DNA from: a virus
Taxonomy: Duplodnaviria; Caudoviricetes
IMG/VR virus record: IMGVR_UViG_3300037067_012588
Direction: 5' to 3' (one strand)
Length of the DNA stretch: 64,000 bases
The translations under genes and the position numbers were made by a program. The first letter of the stretch is position 1, and each line of letters starts with the position of its first letter. Shown here in pieces: positions 16,953-26,791 of this stretch. A model generated the notes under the pieces. The model saw only the letters and a list, made by a program, of their open reading frames with translations. It had not been told where the DNA came from and searched no databases.

Positions 16953-17171
16953 TCACATATCCCCCGTTGCAGCAAAGAATACTGAGAAAATAAACCAAAA
17001 CACAGGCATAAGGGTGAAAGAATAAACCACCAACCAAAACGGCTCGATTTCTTTTGGAAACACAGCAACCTCACAATCACACTTCCCAGCACCACCCACG
17101 GCGATGGCAGCTTTTACAAAAGCCACCCCAAGAATCGCCAGCAACTTCGCAACCAAAGCTCTTGCAAACAT
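16953..17171 (-). CDS. Small membrane protein
   Basis: Two hydrophobic segments; RBS AAGGAG. Confidence 0.6.
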   Translation of the reverse strand: MFARALVAKLLAILGVAFVKAAIAVGGAGKCDCEVAVFPKEIEPFWLVVYSFTLMPVFWFIFSVFFAATGDM

Positions 17172-17247
17172 GTCTTTCTCCTTTTCGTTAAGGCTAACGA
17201 AATGGTTTATCGGCAAGACACATTGGCAATCTTTAGAGAAAATGATA

Positions 17248-17340
17248 AAAAAAGACGAACGGGACATCCTTTGGGGGTGATGTCCCGTTCTAGGCTGGGG
17301 GGCGGTTGGGAGGGGAAGTCGGCAGTCCAACCCACAGCCT
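17248..17340 (-). terminator. Double hairpin and terminator downstream of iscS
   Basis: 12-bp stem GAACGGGACATC/GATGTCCCGTTC plus T tract, preceded by an AGGCTG/CAGCCT stem with C-rich loops. Confidence 0.65.
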
Positions 17341-18459
17341 TTAAATGTTCTTACCTAATGATACAATCATATCAGGCAATATGGACAACAAAAAATCGAT
17401 TTCTTTTTCCGTATTGAGTCTTCCGAGCGAGAATCTCACAGAAGAATGACAATCCGCAACAGACAACCCACAAGAACGAAGGACATATGAAGGCTTTGTT
17501 GTCTTGGCAGAACAGGCACTACCTGACGAACAGCAAATGTCGTGCCGATATGAGAGACTTTTCACAAGAGAATGAGATTCGATGCCTTCAAAGGAGAAAT
17601 TGGATATACCAGGAACACGAGAAGCCGAAGCCGCTATCAGACTGGCTGTTGGAATACTATTCAAGATACCATCTTCCAGTCTTTTTGTAAGAGCGGTAAC
17701 TTGAATATAATCTCCGAGATTCTCAGCAGCGTATCCAAACCCAACAGCAAGGGGCACAGGAAGCGTTCCGGGGCGCAACCCGCCCTCTTGACCGCCTCCG
17801 TGTAGTAACGGAGCCATTTGAACGCCAGAGCGCACATAAAGGGCTCCTATGCCTTTTGGTCCGTTGATTTTATGGGCAGATATCGAAATCATATCGGCAA
17901 TCTGAGCTTGAAAAGGAATCTTTCCAAAGGCTTGAACGGCATCTGTGTGGAACAAAATCTCTTTCTCACGGCAAATAGATGACAGTTGAGATATTGGCTG
18001 TATAGTCCCAATCTCATTGTTCGCCATCATAATTGTCACAAGAGCAGTATCTGGACGAACAGCCAGAAGAAGATCGTTTGGATTCACTCTCCCGTTTTCA
18101 TCAACAGGCAATAACGTGCAGGAAATACCATGCTTCTCCAAACTTTGGAGTTTGGCCAGAATCGCTTTATGTTCAATCACAGATGAGATGATGTGCTTTT
18201 TCCCAGTCGTTTCGATAGCAGACTGAATAGCCCAGTTATCAGATTCTGTTCCACCCGAGGTGAAATAAATCTCGTCAGACTTGCAGGAAAGCGAATAGGC
18301 TATTCGTTCACGAGCTTCCTCAACCGCTTCTGCCGCATTCATTCCAAGTATATGAGTCGACCCAGCATTTCCATATTCTGATAAGAAATACTCCATCATT
18401 CTGTCCGTGACTTTCAAAAGAACCGCCGTTGTTGCTGCATTGTCGAAATATATGCTCAT
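17341..18459 (-). CDS. iscS: Cysteine desulfurase (IscS/NifS family)
   Basis: YFDNAATT, FTSGGTES, HTDAVQA, SAHKINGPKGIG (PLP Lys), SSGSACS (catalytic Cys). Confidence 0.95.
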   Translation of the reverse strand: MSIYFDNAATTAVLLKVTDRMMEYFLSEYGNAGSTHILGMNAAEAVEEARERIAYSLSCKSDEIYFTSGGTESDNWAIQSAIETTGKKHIISSVIEHKAILAKLQSLEKHGISCTLLPVDENGRVNPNDLLLAVRPDTALVTIMMANNEIGTIQPISQLSSICREKEILFHTDAVQAFGKIPFQAQIADMISISAHKINGPKGIGALYVRSGVQMAPLLHGGGQEGGLRPGTLPVPLAVGFGYAAENLGDYIQVTALTKRLEDGILNSIPTASLIAASASRVPGISNFSFEGIESHSLVKSLSYRHDICCSSGSACSAKTTKPSYVLRSCGLSVADCHSSVRFSLGRLNTEKEIDFLLSILPDMIVSLGKNI

Positions 18460-18836
18460 TCTGTTCCTCCAATATACAAAACAAGGGCAGCGTCTTCTGC
18501 CTCTCTGGACTCATGACGAAAATAAAAAAACATTCGAACGGAGACGTACAGAGAGACAAGGAGGAAGTTTGTCGACATGAACGACACGGCGGGATTCCAC
18601 TTGCCAGATGTAAAATTTGCCATGATAAACTGAGCAAAAGCAATTACTGGAAACAGAAACATCAATTTTGCCATTGTCATCCACATTTTTGCGTAATTTC
18701 TTTTGTGTTTGATCTTCAAGAGTGTCATCTCTTTTTCAAACTCAATTTGTTGAAGCCTCGTTCGCTCTTCGGACTCTGCGAGAATCTTCTGAATAGACGC
18801 AAGCTTCTGTGTTATTTGTTGTGCGGTTGCAGACAT
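18456..18836 (-). CDS. Coiled-coil membrane protein with two TM segments
   Basis: Heptad N-terminus, two hydrophobic segments. Confidence 0.65.
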   Translation of the reverse strand: MSATAQQITQKLASIQKILAESEERTRLQQIEFEKEMTLLKIKHKRNYAKMWMTMAKLMFLFPVIAFAQFIMANFTSGKWNPAVSFMSTNFLLVSLYVSVRMFFYFRHESREAEDAALVLYIGGTE

Positions 18837-19121
18837 CCTCAAATATCCTCTACAAGCAGCGAACCAAGTTCACGCTTCATGTTTTCGATAGCTAAAGAAT
18901 CGGAGAAATGCGGGCAGATATGGATAATATCTCGCTGACTCAATTCCCCATAAATATCGAACAGTGAGAAATTCTTTGCCTTGGTGATTGCTCCCAGCAT
19001 AGACAGCTATTCCAGACATTTCAATTTTCTCCGTTTTCAAAAACGAGGAAGCAAGACAGATAATGTCTTGGATTCCCCTTGTCGATAACATGACGGCTAT
19101 TGCATCTATGCGATTGTGGAT

Positions 19122-19457
19122 TCACGCAGACGCCACAGGAGCTTTCCCGAGAACAACAACCTGAAGAACATCGCCTTTCACAACATTGAAGGTTCGATAA
19201 CCATCAGGACGCTCCAGCTCCACATGCATACTGATAAGCAAGTCGCCTTTGCTGTCCAACCATGTTTTTACAAGTCGACCAGTATAGTGGTCAGGCGGCA
19301 GACCAAGAGAGCTTGCTCTTTCCGCTTCGGCTTTCGATTTTTCGTTCGACTTACCGAAAGACTTGTACCAAATATGAACCATGTCGCCCATTGCTTCAGG
19401 GGTCGCACGCCGTGCGGAACTCAAAGCCTGAAGAACTTCTTCCTGTGTCATCTTCAT
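19122..19457 (-). CDS. Hypothetical protein
   Basis: ORF with RBS AAGGAG. Confidence 0.7.
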   Translation of the reverse strand: MKMTQEEVLQALSSARRATPEAMGDMVHIWYKSFGKSNEKSKAEAERASSLGLPPDHYTGRLVKTWLDSKGDLLISMHVELERPDGYRTFNVVKGDVLQVVVLGKAPVASA

Positions 19458-19519
19458 ACGAAATCTCCTTCAAGAAAAGCCTTTATTGAATATAGTTCCT
19501 TCAAAGGTATTATACGCAG

Positions 19520-19885
19520 TCAGGATGCTGTGTTTGATTTTTTTGTCAAAGATTTTATAGCCTTGGATAAGTTTTTCGAAGACTTCTCTTCAGACCTCCG
19601 AAGTCGACACCACTTGCGAATCAAAACAATTTCGGCTCGTTTTTCTACATCAACCCAAACAACAGCTTTTGCTTTTGTCATGACGTCAGTATGTTTTTTT
19701 GCTTCAACAAAGAAGCTTGTTCCATTCTCAACGATATCAAAGATGCGAATTTTCATGTGTTCGTTTGAATCACAAAAGAAGCTGTACAAGATATCTAATA
19801 CCTTGTTTCCAGCAAAAGAAATCCGCATCTGAACCTTGCCATCAAATATCCTTTTGAGAACACATGCCTTATTTGTCGCCGTCAC
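19520..19885 (-). CDS. Hypothetical protein
   Basis: GTG start after GGAGG. Confidence 0.6.
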   Translation of the reverse strand: MTATNKACVLKRIFDGKVQMRISFAGNKVLDILYSFFCDSNEHMKIRIFDIVENGTSFFVEAKKHTDVMTKAKAVVWVDVEKRAEIVLIRKWCRLRRSEEKSSKNLSKAIKSLTKKSNTAS

Positions 19886-20003
19886 GATACACCTCCATGA
19901 CGCATTTCCCCTTTTGTCCCCCTTTATTCAAGCATACTCTATCACAAACAGTATTCCAAGCAAACTTTGCGCCAAACAACAAACTTAACGAAGAAACAAC
20001 AAG

Positions 20004-20396
20004 TTATTCATCAAAAGATACGAGATTGTCTCCACTCTTGAGGTTGAAGTTGTTGTTATCAGACGTAATTACCCTGATAAAGGTAGGTTCTTCATCGTTT
20101 TGAATACATATGTTTATTGAGAAAAATTTACCAAAACCATAAACGAGTTCGGATATCTCTGCAACAAACACTTTCTTGACTTCGAAAAAAGACAGAACAA
20201 AAGGTCGAACAATTCCATCTTCACAGGTAGGGAGAACCGTGTTTGGTTTGTTTTTTCCAAACAACTTCAGGGAAACTCCCGTATTCTCAAGCTGAGTTGC
20301 GAAATCAATATTTGCAACCCACGATGTCCCATAAGAAGTAGTGATGAGGTTCGTTGTAGCAGCGACCGACCGAACGCTTCGAATCTCGATATTCAT
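20004..20396 (-). CDS. Hypothetical protein
   Basis: ORF overlapping the upstream stop codon. Confidence 0.65.
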   Translation of the reverse strand: MNIEIRSVRSVAATTNLITTSYGTSWVANIDFATQLENTGVSLKLFGKNKPNTVLPTCEDGIVRPFVLSFFEVKKVFVAEISELVYGFGKFFSINICIQNDEEPTFIRVITSDNNNFNLKSGDNLVSFDE

Positions 20397-20548
20397 GATA
20401 TCTCCTCGTCAATTTTCTTGGTGGCAGCTTTCTTGGCTTTTTCCTTCTTAGAAAGGAAAACCTTCGATGCTGGAACAGGAGCCTTTCGAACACTCCTGAA
20501 AAGCTCGGATGCGGACTTTAGCTTTTTTGTCTTTATTTTCTTCGCCAT
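20393..20548 (-). CDS. Small Lys-rich protein
   Basis: MAKKIKTKKLK..., RBS GAGGAG, downstream of a GACGATG motif. Confidence 0.65.
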   Translation of the reverse strand: MAKKIKTKKLKSASELFRSVRKAPVPASKVFLSKKEKAKKAATKKIDEEIS

Positions 20549-20583
20549 GAAAAAGCTCCTCTGAAGGCGTCTTTGCCTTACAG

Positions 20584-20620
20584 AGGAGCATCGTCCATAA
20601 CGAATTTTTTTGGAAGAAAT
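20584..20620 (-). promoter_or_regulatory. Repeated GACGATG promoter-like motif
   Basis: Core at 20589-20595 with an upstream TTCC..AAATT box. Confidence 0.55.
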
Positions 20621-20637
20621 TCTGCAGAGTCTTCCGA

Positions 20638-21963
20638 TTATTGTCCAATCAGCGTTGAAAGAATCTGCTGCTTGAGCTTCTTGGAGCCAATAATCCATGT
20701 CTTGGCATTCTGATCGTCACACTTGACCAAGCGGCGACATAGAGCATGACGTGTATCTTCGGGAACACAATCCATCTCCAAGAACTTTTGAAAATTCGTG
20801 ATTCGTGTCTTTTCTGGCTTGCAATCAGATTGCCTGATGCGAGCATAAAGGCGGTCAGCGATAACGCTGAGGATGTCGATGCGAGGCTCCTTGCGCTTCA
20901 TCAACTCATCGATGAAACGAAAAGCTTTTTCTTCACCGTTCAGAATATCCATCGGGTCAAGAATCATTTCCATATCCCGCTGGAAGAAAACAACCATGCT
21001 GGAAACAGTATTCTCGTCAAGCAACGAATTTGCGTAACGAATAACACGTTCTGATTCTGATCCAACATCAGAAATGCTCTTGAGGAAACGGCAGAATTCC
21101 GAGAGAGTTCGAGGATTGGTGCGGTTTCGACCAGGACCCGTAATCATTTCAGGATACCGAAGAGCATAGCTGATTCCACGGAAGTCCAGACCATTGGATT
21201 CAGCCCATACTGCCCACTCAGTCATATCCTCCTTGAGGGTAACGTGTTTAATACGGGTCAGAATTGCCGAGTCAACCGAAGTGACTTGATAAGACTGTTC
21301 ATCAGGATTTCCTGTGAGAACGATGTTGCATCCAGCAGGAAGTTGCCATGAAACCATGCCATAATCCTGAAGGAGCTGCATCATCCCCTTGACAATACGA
21401 ATGGAAGCACGATTCCAGTCATCGAGAAGAACGATACTCGGACCCGGCTGCTGAGGAACCCAAGCGGGAGGAGCATACTGCGTTGTTGGAGGAACGGAGG
21501 TGTCAATTTCCCATCCATTGCTGAGATATGCCTGAAGAATCTGGTCTTTCTGGGCAACCCACTGCGTGATATATCCATCGGTTTTTTTGTTTTGCTGACG
21601 CATCAAAACACAATCCATCGGGATACCATGAAGATCGCCCATTTCCTCGAACTGCGCAACGGGAACATTGCTGATGTTATAACCAGGATACATTTTTCCA
21701 TTCCACTCAACAGGACGGTCACGAAAAGCCTTGACCATCTGAGTTTTGCCGACGCCAGGATGTCCCCAAATACAGGCGGCATAACGAGAGTCGTTATGGG
21801 ATTCTGCCATTCGGTTCATAGTGAAACACGTTTCGAGGAAGTCGGTAAGGTCACCATATGCCACAATGGAACCATAACACCCACTGTACGACAGTTCGTC
21901 GTCCTTCTTGCCTTCTTTGGACATAGCCATTAACCTTTCATAGTCAGTTTGAACAACGGTCAC
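20638..21963 (-). CDS. MoxR-like AAA+ ATPase
   Basis: Walker A GHPGVGKT, Walker B VLLDDWNRA, LTGNP, NPRTL. Confidence 0.88.
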   Translation of the reverse strand: MTVVQTDYERLMAMSKEGKKDDELSYSGCYGSIVAYGDLTDFLETCFTMNRMAESHNDSRYAACIWGHPGVGKTQMVKAFRDRPVEWNGKMYPGYNISNVPVAQFEEMGDLHGIPMDCVLMRQQNKKTDGYITQWVAQKDQILQAYLSNGWEIDTSVPPTTQYAPPAWVPQQPGPSIVLLDDWNRASIRIVKGMMQLLQDYGMVSWQLPAGCNIVLTGNPDEQSYQVTSVDSAILTRIKHVTLKEDMTEWAVWAESNGLDFRGISYALRYPEMITGPGRNRTNPRTLSEFCRFLKSISDVGSESERVIRYANSLLDENTVSSMVVFFQRDMEMILDPMDILNGEEKAFRFIDELMKRKEPRIDILSVIADRLYARIRQSDCKPEKTRITNFQKFLEMDCVPEDTRHALCRRLVKCDDQNAKTWIIGSKKLKQQILSTLIGQ

Positions 21964-21980
21964 ATGATTATACTTTTCAC

Positions 21981-22241
21981 CTATTGGTTTCCACTCCTTT
22001 TATCGATATCCTCTTGAGAGATGATATGCTCCAAGATAAAATGACAGTCTTTTGGAACCTCATTCGGATGGTCCAATTTTTCATCACATGTTCTTCGTTC
22101 CAGCAGCACAACTTTTCCATTATAACAACAAGAATAGCCGTCAACATATTTTTTGTCTGAAAAACGATACATTCGTCCTTCGCCAACAGCAATCATGTTT
22201 TGGCATCGCTTGCAGATTCCAATATCTGCTTTGACAAACAT
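21981..22241 (-). CDS. Small Cys-rich protein (CxxC...PxxC..LEH family)
   Basis: ICKRC...VPKDCHFILEHIIS. Confidence 0.7.
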   Translation of the reverse strand: MFVKADIGICKRCQNMIAVGEGRMYRFSDKKYVDGYSCCYNGKVVLLERRTCDEKLDHPNEVPKDCHFILEHIISQEDIDKRSGNQ

Positions 22242-22279
22242 TTTTAACCCCCCTTCCTTATTCTGGAATAAGGAATGGA

Positions 22280-22513
22280 TTAAGGGAAGAGTTTACGATG
22301 CTGTTCGAGAAACGTAGCTGCATTATCTTGGGTGTTTTTAACGTATAAAGACCGATCTGGAATCGCCTCAATACCACCAATAAAACAATTACGACATCCT
22401 GAAGTTTTATACAAGTGATAAAGGGCATGAGTTGCAACATCAACGAGTTCTTCGTGCGAAAGCTTTTGCACATTGGCACTGACAATGTCAATCGTTTTAT
22501 TCGTTTCCATCAT
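22280..22513 (-). CDS. Hypothetical protein
   Basis: ORF with RBS AAGGAG. Confidence 0.6.
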   Translation of the reverse strand: MMETNKTIDIVSANVQKLSHEELVDVATHALYHLYKTSGCRNCFIGGIEAIPDRSLYVKNTQDNAATFLEQHRKLFP

Positions 22514-22543
22514 TACTCCTTTTCGCCTTTTTATGTAAGTTGC

Positions 22544-22747
22544 TCAGTTGCACGTCACCCACCTCATGCACGTCTGAAGCAAATTGTCATAGTTGCCGCT
22601 TTGGGCTTCAGTCACGAATTCTTTGATTTCTGAGTCGGGAACCTTTGCTCGCCGCATCGCTTTAGACACACGACCGAGAATGAAGAAGGCGTTCCCATCT
22701 TCGCCAGTCAACTGTACAACAACTTCAGGATACTTTGGCGATGACAT
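22544..22747 (-). CDS. Conserved phage hypothetical protein
   Basis: QLTGEDGNAFFILGRVSKAMRRA...SGNYDNLL, a motif recalled from phage genomes. Confidence 0.75.
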   Translation of the reverse strand: MSSPKYPEVVVQLTGEDGNAFFILGRVSKAMRRAKVPDSEIKEFVTEAQSGNYDNLLQTCMRWVTCN

Positions 22748-22790
22748 TTTGAAGTTCTCCGTTAGACAGGTAGACAATCCACCCATCACA

Positions 22791-22826
22791 GAAGAACATC
22801 GTCCAAGCGTGAAAATTCTTGGAATT
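22791..22826 (-). promoter_or_regulatory. Repeated GACGATG promoter-like motif
   Basis: TTCCAAGAATTTTC-N-TTGGACGATGTTCT; core 22797-22803. Confidence 0.65.
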
Positions 22827-22846
22827 ATTTTCAGCCTTTTATGCCT

Positions 22847-23476
22847 TCAGCAAACAATCGTTTTGTTGCCATCATGTTTCACTATAAAGGTTTTGTCAGA
22901 AAAGCTTTCCATAGCTTCATGGTGACTACAGAAGATAATCTGAAAACCAAGCATCTTGGAAATCTCTGAAAGAAAACTTGCGACACTCTCAACTTGATCA
23001 TTTCCGATGTGCTTATAGGCTTCATCAAGAACACAGACCATATCAGTTTTTCTGCATCCAAGTAAAACCAACAGGCGCAGTGGTATTGATATAGTATCAG
23101 ACACGCCACCGCCAAATCCGTCCATTGTTCGCCGAACTTCACCCGCTGGGGTTTGAAGAACAAGTTTGACGTCCATGAATGAACGATTGTTTTTGACCTC
23201 ATATCCAAGTTCGACGGTGTAGTTTCTTCCATAAATGATCTGCAGGGCTTCAGAAACGATGCTCTCAATACGACCCCGCATTGCACCACGTCTTGAGTTG
23301 GCAACGTCCTCAACGAACTGTAGCGCCTCCTGACCCAAAACAAGAGAGTCTGCTGCCTCAAGCATTTTTGTTTTACGATCATCTATTTGACGCTGAAGGA
23401 GTTCATTCTCGCCTTTTTTTCGCTCAAGGGCTTTTCTGCGTTCGTTAACAATTTGAGTCAGCATTCGATTCTCCAT
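22847..23476 (-). CDS. Rad50/SbcC (gp46-like) ABC ATPase, C-terminal half
   Basis: Coiled coil, GGGVSD signature, VLDEAY Walker B, IFCSH H-loop; no Walker A. Confidence 0.75.
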   Translation of the reverse strand: MENRMLTQIVNERRKALERKKGENELLQRQIDDRKTKMLEAADSLVLGQEALQFVEDVANSRRGAMRGRIESIVSEALQIIYGRNYTVELGYEVKNNRSFMDVKLVLQTPAGEVRRTMDGFGGGVSDTISIPLRLLVLLGCRKTDMVCVLDEAYKHIGNDQVESVASFLSEISKMLGFQIIFCSHHEAMESFSDKTFIVKHDGNKTIVC

Positions 23477-23556
23477 TTGGTTGCCTTATTATACGGCATC
23501 AAAAGAAAAAGCCTGAAAAAGATTCAGGCTTTCTTTGTTCGAAGAACAAAAACTAC

Positions 23557-23757
23557 TCATGAAAGGGCATCGATAATCCGATTGGAGCCAACAGGGAAAG
23601 AAAACAGGCGACCTCCAGCAGGAATGCGTGGACATGGAGATTCAACCTTCGCCTCGACAATCCGTCCAGACGGAGAAACAACGACGCCAACAACATCGTC
23701 CTTCTTCAATCTTCTTCTGACCTCGGACATCAACTCATCTTTCATGATACCCTCCAT
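23557..23757 (-). CDS. Hypothetical protein
   Basis: ORF downstream of a sigma70 promoter. Confidence 0.55.
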   Translation of the reverse strand: MEGIMKDELMSEVRRRLKKDDVVGVVVSPSGRIVEAKVESPCPRIPAGGRLFSFPVGSNRIIDALS

Positions 23758-23782
23758 GACGACACACCAGTGCCATAAAAGA

Positions 23783-23811
23783 ATTGTAGCATATTGGTCA
23801 CTTTATGTCAA
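23783..23811 (-). promoter_or_regulatory. Sigma70-type promoter
   Basis: TTGACA-N17-TACAAT with an extended TGn. Confidence 0.75.
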
Positions 23812-23812
23812 C

Positions 23813-23848
23813 AAAAAAACCCGCACTGACTTCGTGCGGGGTCTTTTT
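23813..23848. terminator. Bidirectional intrinsic terminator
   Basis: CCCGCAC/GTGCGGG stem with flanking A and T tracts. Confidence 0.75.
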
Positions 23849-23865
23849 GTCACTTTCTGCTGCCT

Positions 23866-24774
23866 TCAGGCAGTCTTGCGCATGGACTCCACTTCGTTGA
23901 GCTTCTTGGCGATGAAGTCAGCGGTCGAGGAAATCATTTCACGAAGAGCCTTGGCGTCAGCTTCGTGGTTTTCCTCTTCGGCTTCCATCTTGGTGAGGTT
24001 GATGTAGTATTCCATCAGCTCTTCAACGTCCTTGAGCTGCCCTTCGTGGTTGCTGAGGCTGCTCGCACGCTTGGTGACGTTTTCAGCCGCCTTGCGGATG
24101 CCTTCAATCTGCTTGGCGATTTCTTCCTTGGCGACATAGAAAATCTCGTCCTTCTGAATCTTGCCGCCCGACAGGGGAACGTTGCTGACGTGCGAGCGGG
24201 GCAGCTTGAGGAGCTTGACGAAATCAGCGGCAGCCGATACCAGCTCGATGTTCTTGTCGCTCGAAGCGTAGAAGTATGTCCCGCCGCCGTGACGATAGGC
24301 GATACCCTTGACCATCCGAACCACTTCCCGCATGATTTTCTGGATGTCGGTGGGGATTGCGTGAACCCGAACCCAATCGACAAGGGCTTTGAATTCCTCG
24401 AAGTAGGGTCCGTCGCCGATCAGGTGTCCGACTTCCTTGTTCATGTTGATTGTGGTTGTCTGGTTGTAGTTGAGCTGGTCGTTGGCTTTGTCCTTGCCTT
24501 CGTTGACGATGCCGTAAACGATGCTGAAAGCGTCATCACGAATCTTGCGGACAAGAATGCTGTTGTCGTGGTTTTCCTCGAACATGTCGATGGCGATGGC
24601 GACACATTCACGGTGCGAGCGTTCGGGAATCAGGTCGGGGGAAAGTCCCACCTTGACCAGTGCTTCACGCACGGCGATGAGCGTGGTGTTTTCGATGACG
24701 GGAAGGTCCCAAGCAACGAGACCACCAAAAACAGGAGCCGGGGTATTGCGGAAGTTCAGGACGGCGGTCGACAT
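23866..24774 (-). CDS. Conserved phage protein (DUF6744/DUF3150-like, tentative)
   Basis: GGLVAW..., RHGGGTYF, C-terminal coiled coil; strong RBS. Confidence 0.7.
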   Translation of the reverse strand: MSTAVLNFRNTPAPVFGGLVAWDLPVIENTTLIAVREALVKVGLSPDLIPERSHRECVAIAIDMFEENHDNSILVRKIRDDAFSIVYGIVNEGKDKANDQLNYNQTTTINMNKEVGHLIGDGPYFEEFKALVDWVRVHAIPTDIQKIMREVVRMVKGIAYRHGGGTYFYASSDKNIELVSAAADFVKLLKLPRSHVSNVPLSGGKIQKDEIFYVAKEEIAKQIEGIRKAAENVTKRASSLSNHEGQLKDVEELMEYYINLTKMEAEEENHEADAKALREMISSTADFIAKKLNEVESMRKTA

Positions 24775-24823
24775 GATTGTTCTCCTTTTGAGGTTTTTCG
24801 GGGAGGAACCGTTTCCTCCCACA

Positions 24824-24860
24824 GAAGAACATCGTCCAAAGGAGAAATTTCTGGAAAGAA
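24824..24860 (-). promoter_or_regulatory. Repeated GACGATG promoter-like motif
   Basis: TTCCAGAAATTTC-N-TTGGACGATGTTCT; core 24830-24836. Confidence 0.7.
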
Positions 24861-24863
24861 TTT

Positions 24864-25184
24864 CTAAATAGTTCTCACCTCAAACATGATTGTGGCGACA
24901 ATATGCTCAGTTTCCCCTGAAATTGTGCCAAAATCATCCTTGTCCTCGACCATTTCCTTGTAGATAAATGTCACCGTGTCGCTCTCTCGGTAGATTTCAG
25001 AAGGCTCCCTGAAAACATACTTGGTGACATTTCCATGAAAATTCATCTCAATGGTCTTCTGAATAACGTCACGATAGACTTTCTCAAGAACACCATTCAC
25101 CTCGCCACCGCCAAAGCGTGGAGGGATAAGAACGTGAACGTTTTTCTCAAGCATGTCGTATATCGAATATCTTCCAGTATCCAT
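24864..25184 (-). CDS. Hypothetical protein
   Basis: RBS AAGGAG. Confidence 0.65.
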   Translation of the reverse strand: MDTGRYSIYDMLEKNVHVLIPPRFGGGEVNGVLEKVYRDVIQKTIEMNFHGNVTKYVFREPSEIYRESDTVTFIYKEMVEDKDDFGTISGETEHIVATIMFEVRTI

Positions 25185-25263
25185 ATTGGACTCCTTTTCT
25201 CATAGCATACAGCTTTCCGTCTAGATTGTCCAGACGGAAAGCCATAGGTTTTGTTTGTAGAGT

Positions 25264-25563
25264 TTATTCCTTGAACCACTCAGGATGAGCAACAAGAACC
25301 GAATCGGGACTTGCACTCACTGGTTCGTATCCACGTTCAAGAAGAACAGCAACCAAATCGTCAACATTGTCCTTCTCGATTTCCAGAACACCTTCCGTCA
25401 ATTCGTTCCAGTCAGTTCCTGCTTCCTCGAAAATCTCGTCCAACTCCTCAACGTCATCGTCTTCCAAGCAATCGGGAATGTTGCCGTTGTCATGGAAAGC
25501 CAGCGTGAGAAAATCATCATCTTCGGGGTGAGCGGCAACATCGAATGTCATTGGCAACGTCAT
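25264..25563 (-). CDS. Acidic hypothetical protein
   Basis: RBS AAGGAG; Asp/Glu-rich. Confidence 0.7.
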   Translation of the reverse strand: MTLPMTFDVAAHPEDDDFLTLAFHDNGNIPDCLEDDDVEELDEIFEEAGTDWNELTEGVLEIEKDNVDDLVAVLLERGYEPVSASPDSVLVAHPEWFKE

Positions 25564-25585
25564 TTTGAAACTCCTTTTCTTTGGG

Positions 25586-26755
25586 TTAGTCCATATACTC
25601 GATTTTCCCGCCGTCATTCGACTTTCCTTCAAGGTCGACATTCAGGCACGTCTTTGCCGCAATCGCATACACCGAACGTTCTTCTTCGTTCGCCAGACCA
25701 TCGTATACAGCATTCCGAACCGCATACCCAACATCACCCCAGACTCGGAAAGCATTGCTGATTTTGACCAGCGTGCGTGTGGTGAAAGGCGTCTGGCAAG
25801 CACCAGTTTTAATCGAACTGCGAACCTGTGCTGCAAACTTCGTCATGTTTGCGACGAAGCGTTCGTCCCTTGTACGCTGAAGCATAATCTTCTGTTCAGC
25901 ATCAACCATGTACCCAAACTTGAACGGATAGATGCGGTCGAGCGTGCTGGCATCCTTCATCACCGCCTGAGCCGTGTAAACCGCCTGAGTGATACTGTTG
26001 TTGCCACGACCCGCATTGTTGCCCGTCAGGACAACCCGAAAATTGCTGTGGCAATAGTAGGTCTTTCCCTCGTGCGTGATGTGACGCCGTTGTTCCTCAG
26101 TCCAGAACCCGTTGAACAGAAGCGCAGTCCCTTCATCGAGCGAACCAAACTCGTCAAGGCACAGGAGGGCAGCTTGACCAACCTCGTTGCCGTCTTCGTC
26201 CAATCCGCAGGTCGCCGCTTGGAGAATCGTTCCGAGAACGAACTTGGTGATGGATTGGTTTGTAACCTTGTCAGTCACCAACTCCGTTTTGCCCATCATA
26301 TGGACAATCTGGGTTTGCGGAGTGCAGGAAAACTGGAAATACTTCCTGTTTGTTTCGTTCGCCAAGTGTTCGGCGATGGTTGTTTTCGCACAGCCCGCAG
26401 GTCCGATGAAGTAAGGGACAGCGGGAATCTTGTCTTCGAGAAGACTCTTGATGCGCTTGTAATTCGGCGGGAGAAAAAGGCTGTGCTTGGTGATGTCAAC
26501 ATCGACAGGCTTTTTCTCAACCTCTTCCTTCTTCATCTTGATGTCAGGAGCAGCTTCCTTCGAAACCCCAGCTCGTGACACCTCGAAGATTCCCTTGTCA
26601 TTGTCAATTTTCTGATAGGTGATTTTGTCCTTGAGGAGAGCGTTCCGAAGAACACCGCCAAGGCGAGAATAAAGCTCCTTGTCCTCAATCACAACGTTGT
26701 TGAGGGTTCCAAGCTTGCTCAGGATTAAGTTCTTGTCGTCTTCGATGGTTGACAT
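25586..26755 (-). CDS. CobS/CbbQ/NirQ-like AAA+ ATPase
   Basis: GPAGCAKT, LCLDE, LTGNNAGRG, DASTLDR, FTTRTL. Confidence 0.85.
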   Translation of the reverse strand: MSTIEDDKNLILSKLGTLNNVVIEDKELYSRLGGVLRNALLKDKITYQKIDNDKGIFEVSRAGVSKEAAPDIKMKKEEVEKKPVDVDITKHSLFLPPNYKRIKSLLEDKIPAVPYFIGPAGCAKTTIAEHLANETNRKYFQFSCTPQTQIVHMMGKTELVTDKVTNQSITKFVLGTILQAATCGLDEDGNEVGQAALLCLDEFGSLDEGTALLFNGFWTEEQRRHITHEGKTYYCHSNFRVVLTGNNAGRGNNSITQAVYTAQAVMKDASTLDRIYPFKFGYMVDAEQKIMLQRTRDERFVANMTKFAAQVRSSIKTGACQTPFTTRTLVKISNAFRVWGDVGYAVRNAVYDGLANEEERSVYAIAAKTCLNVDLEGKSNDGGKIEYMD

Positions 26756-26791
26756 GCTTCTCTCCTTTTGGGTTAAGCGTTTCGTTTCACA

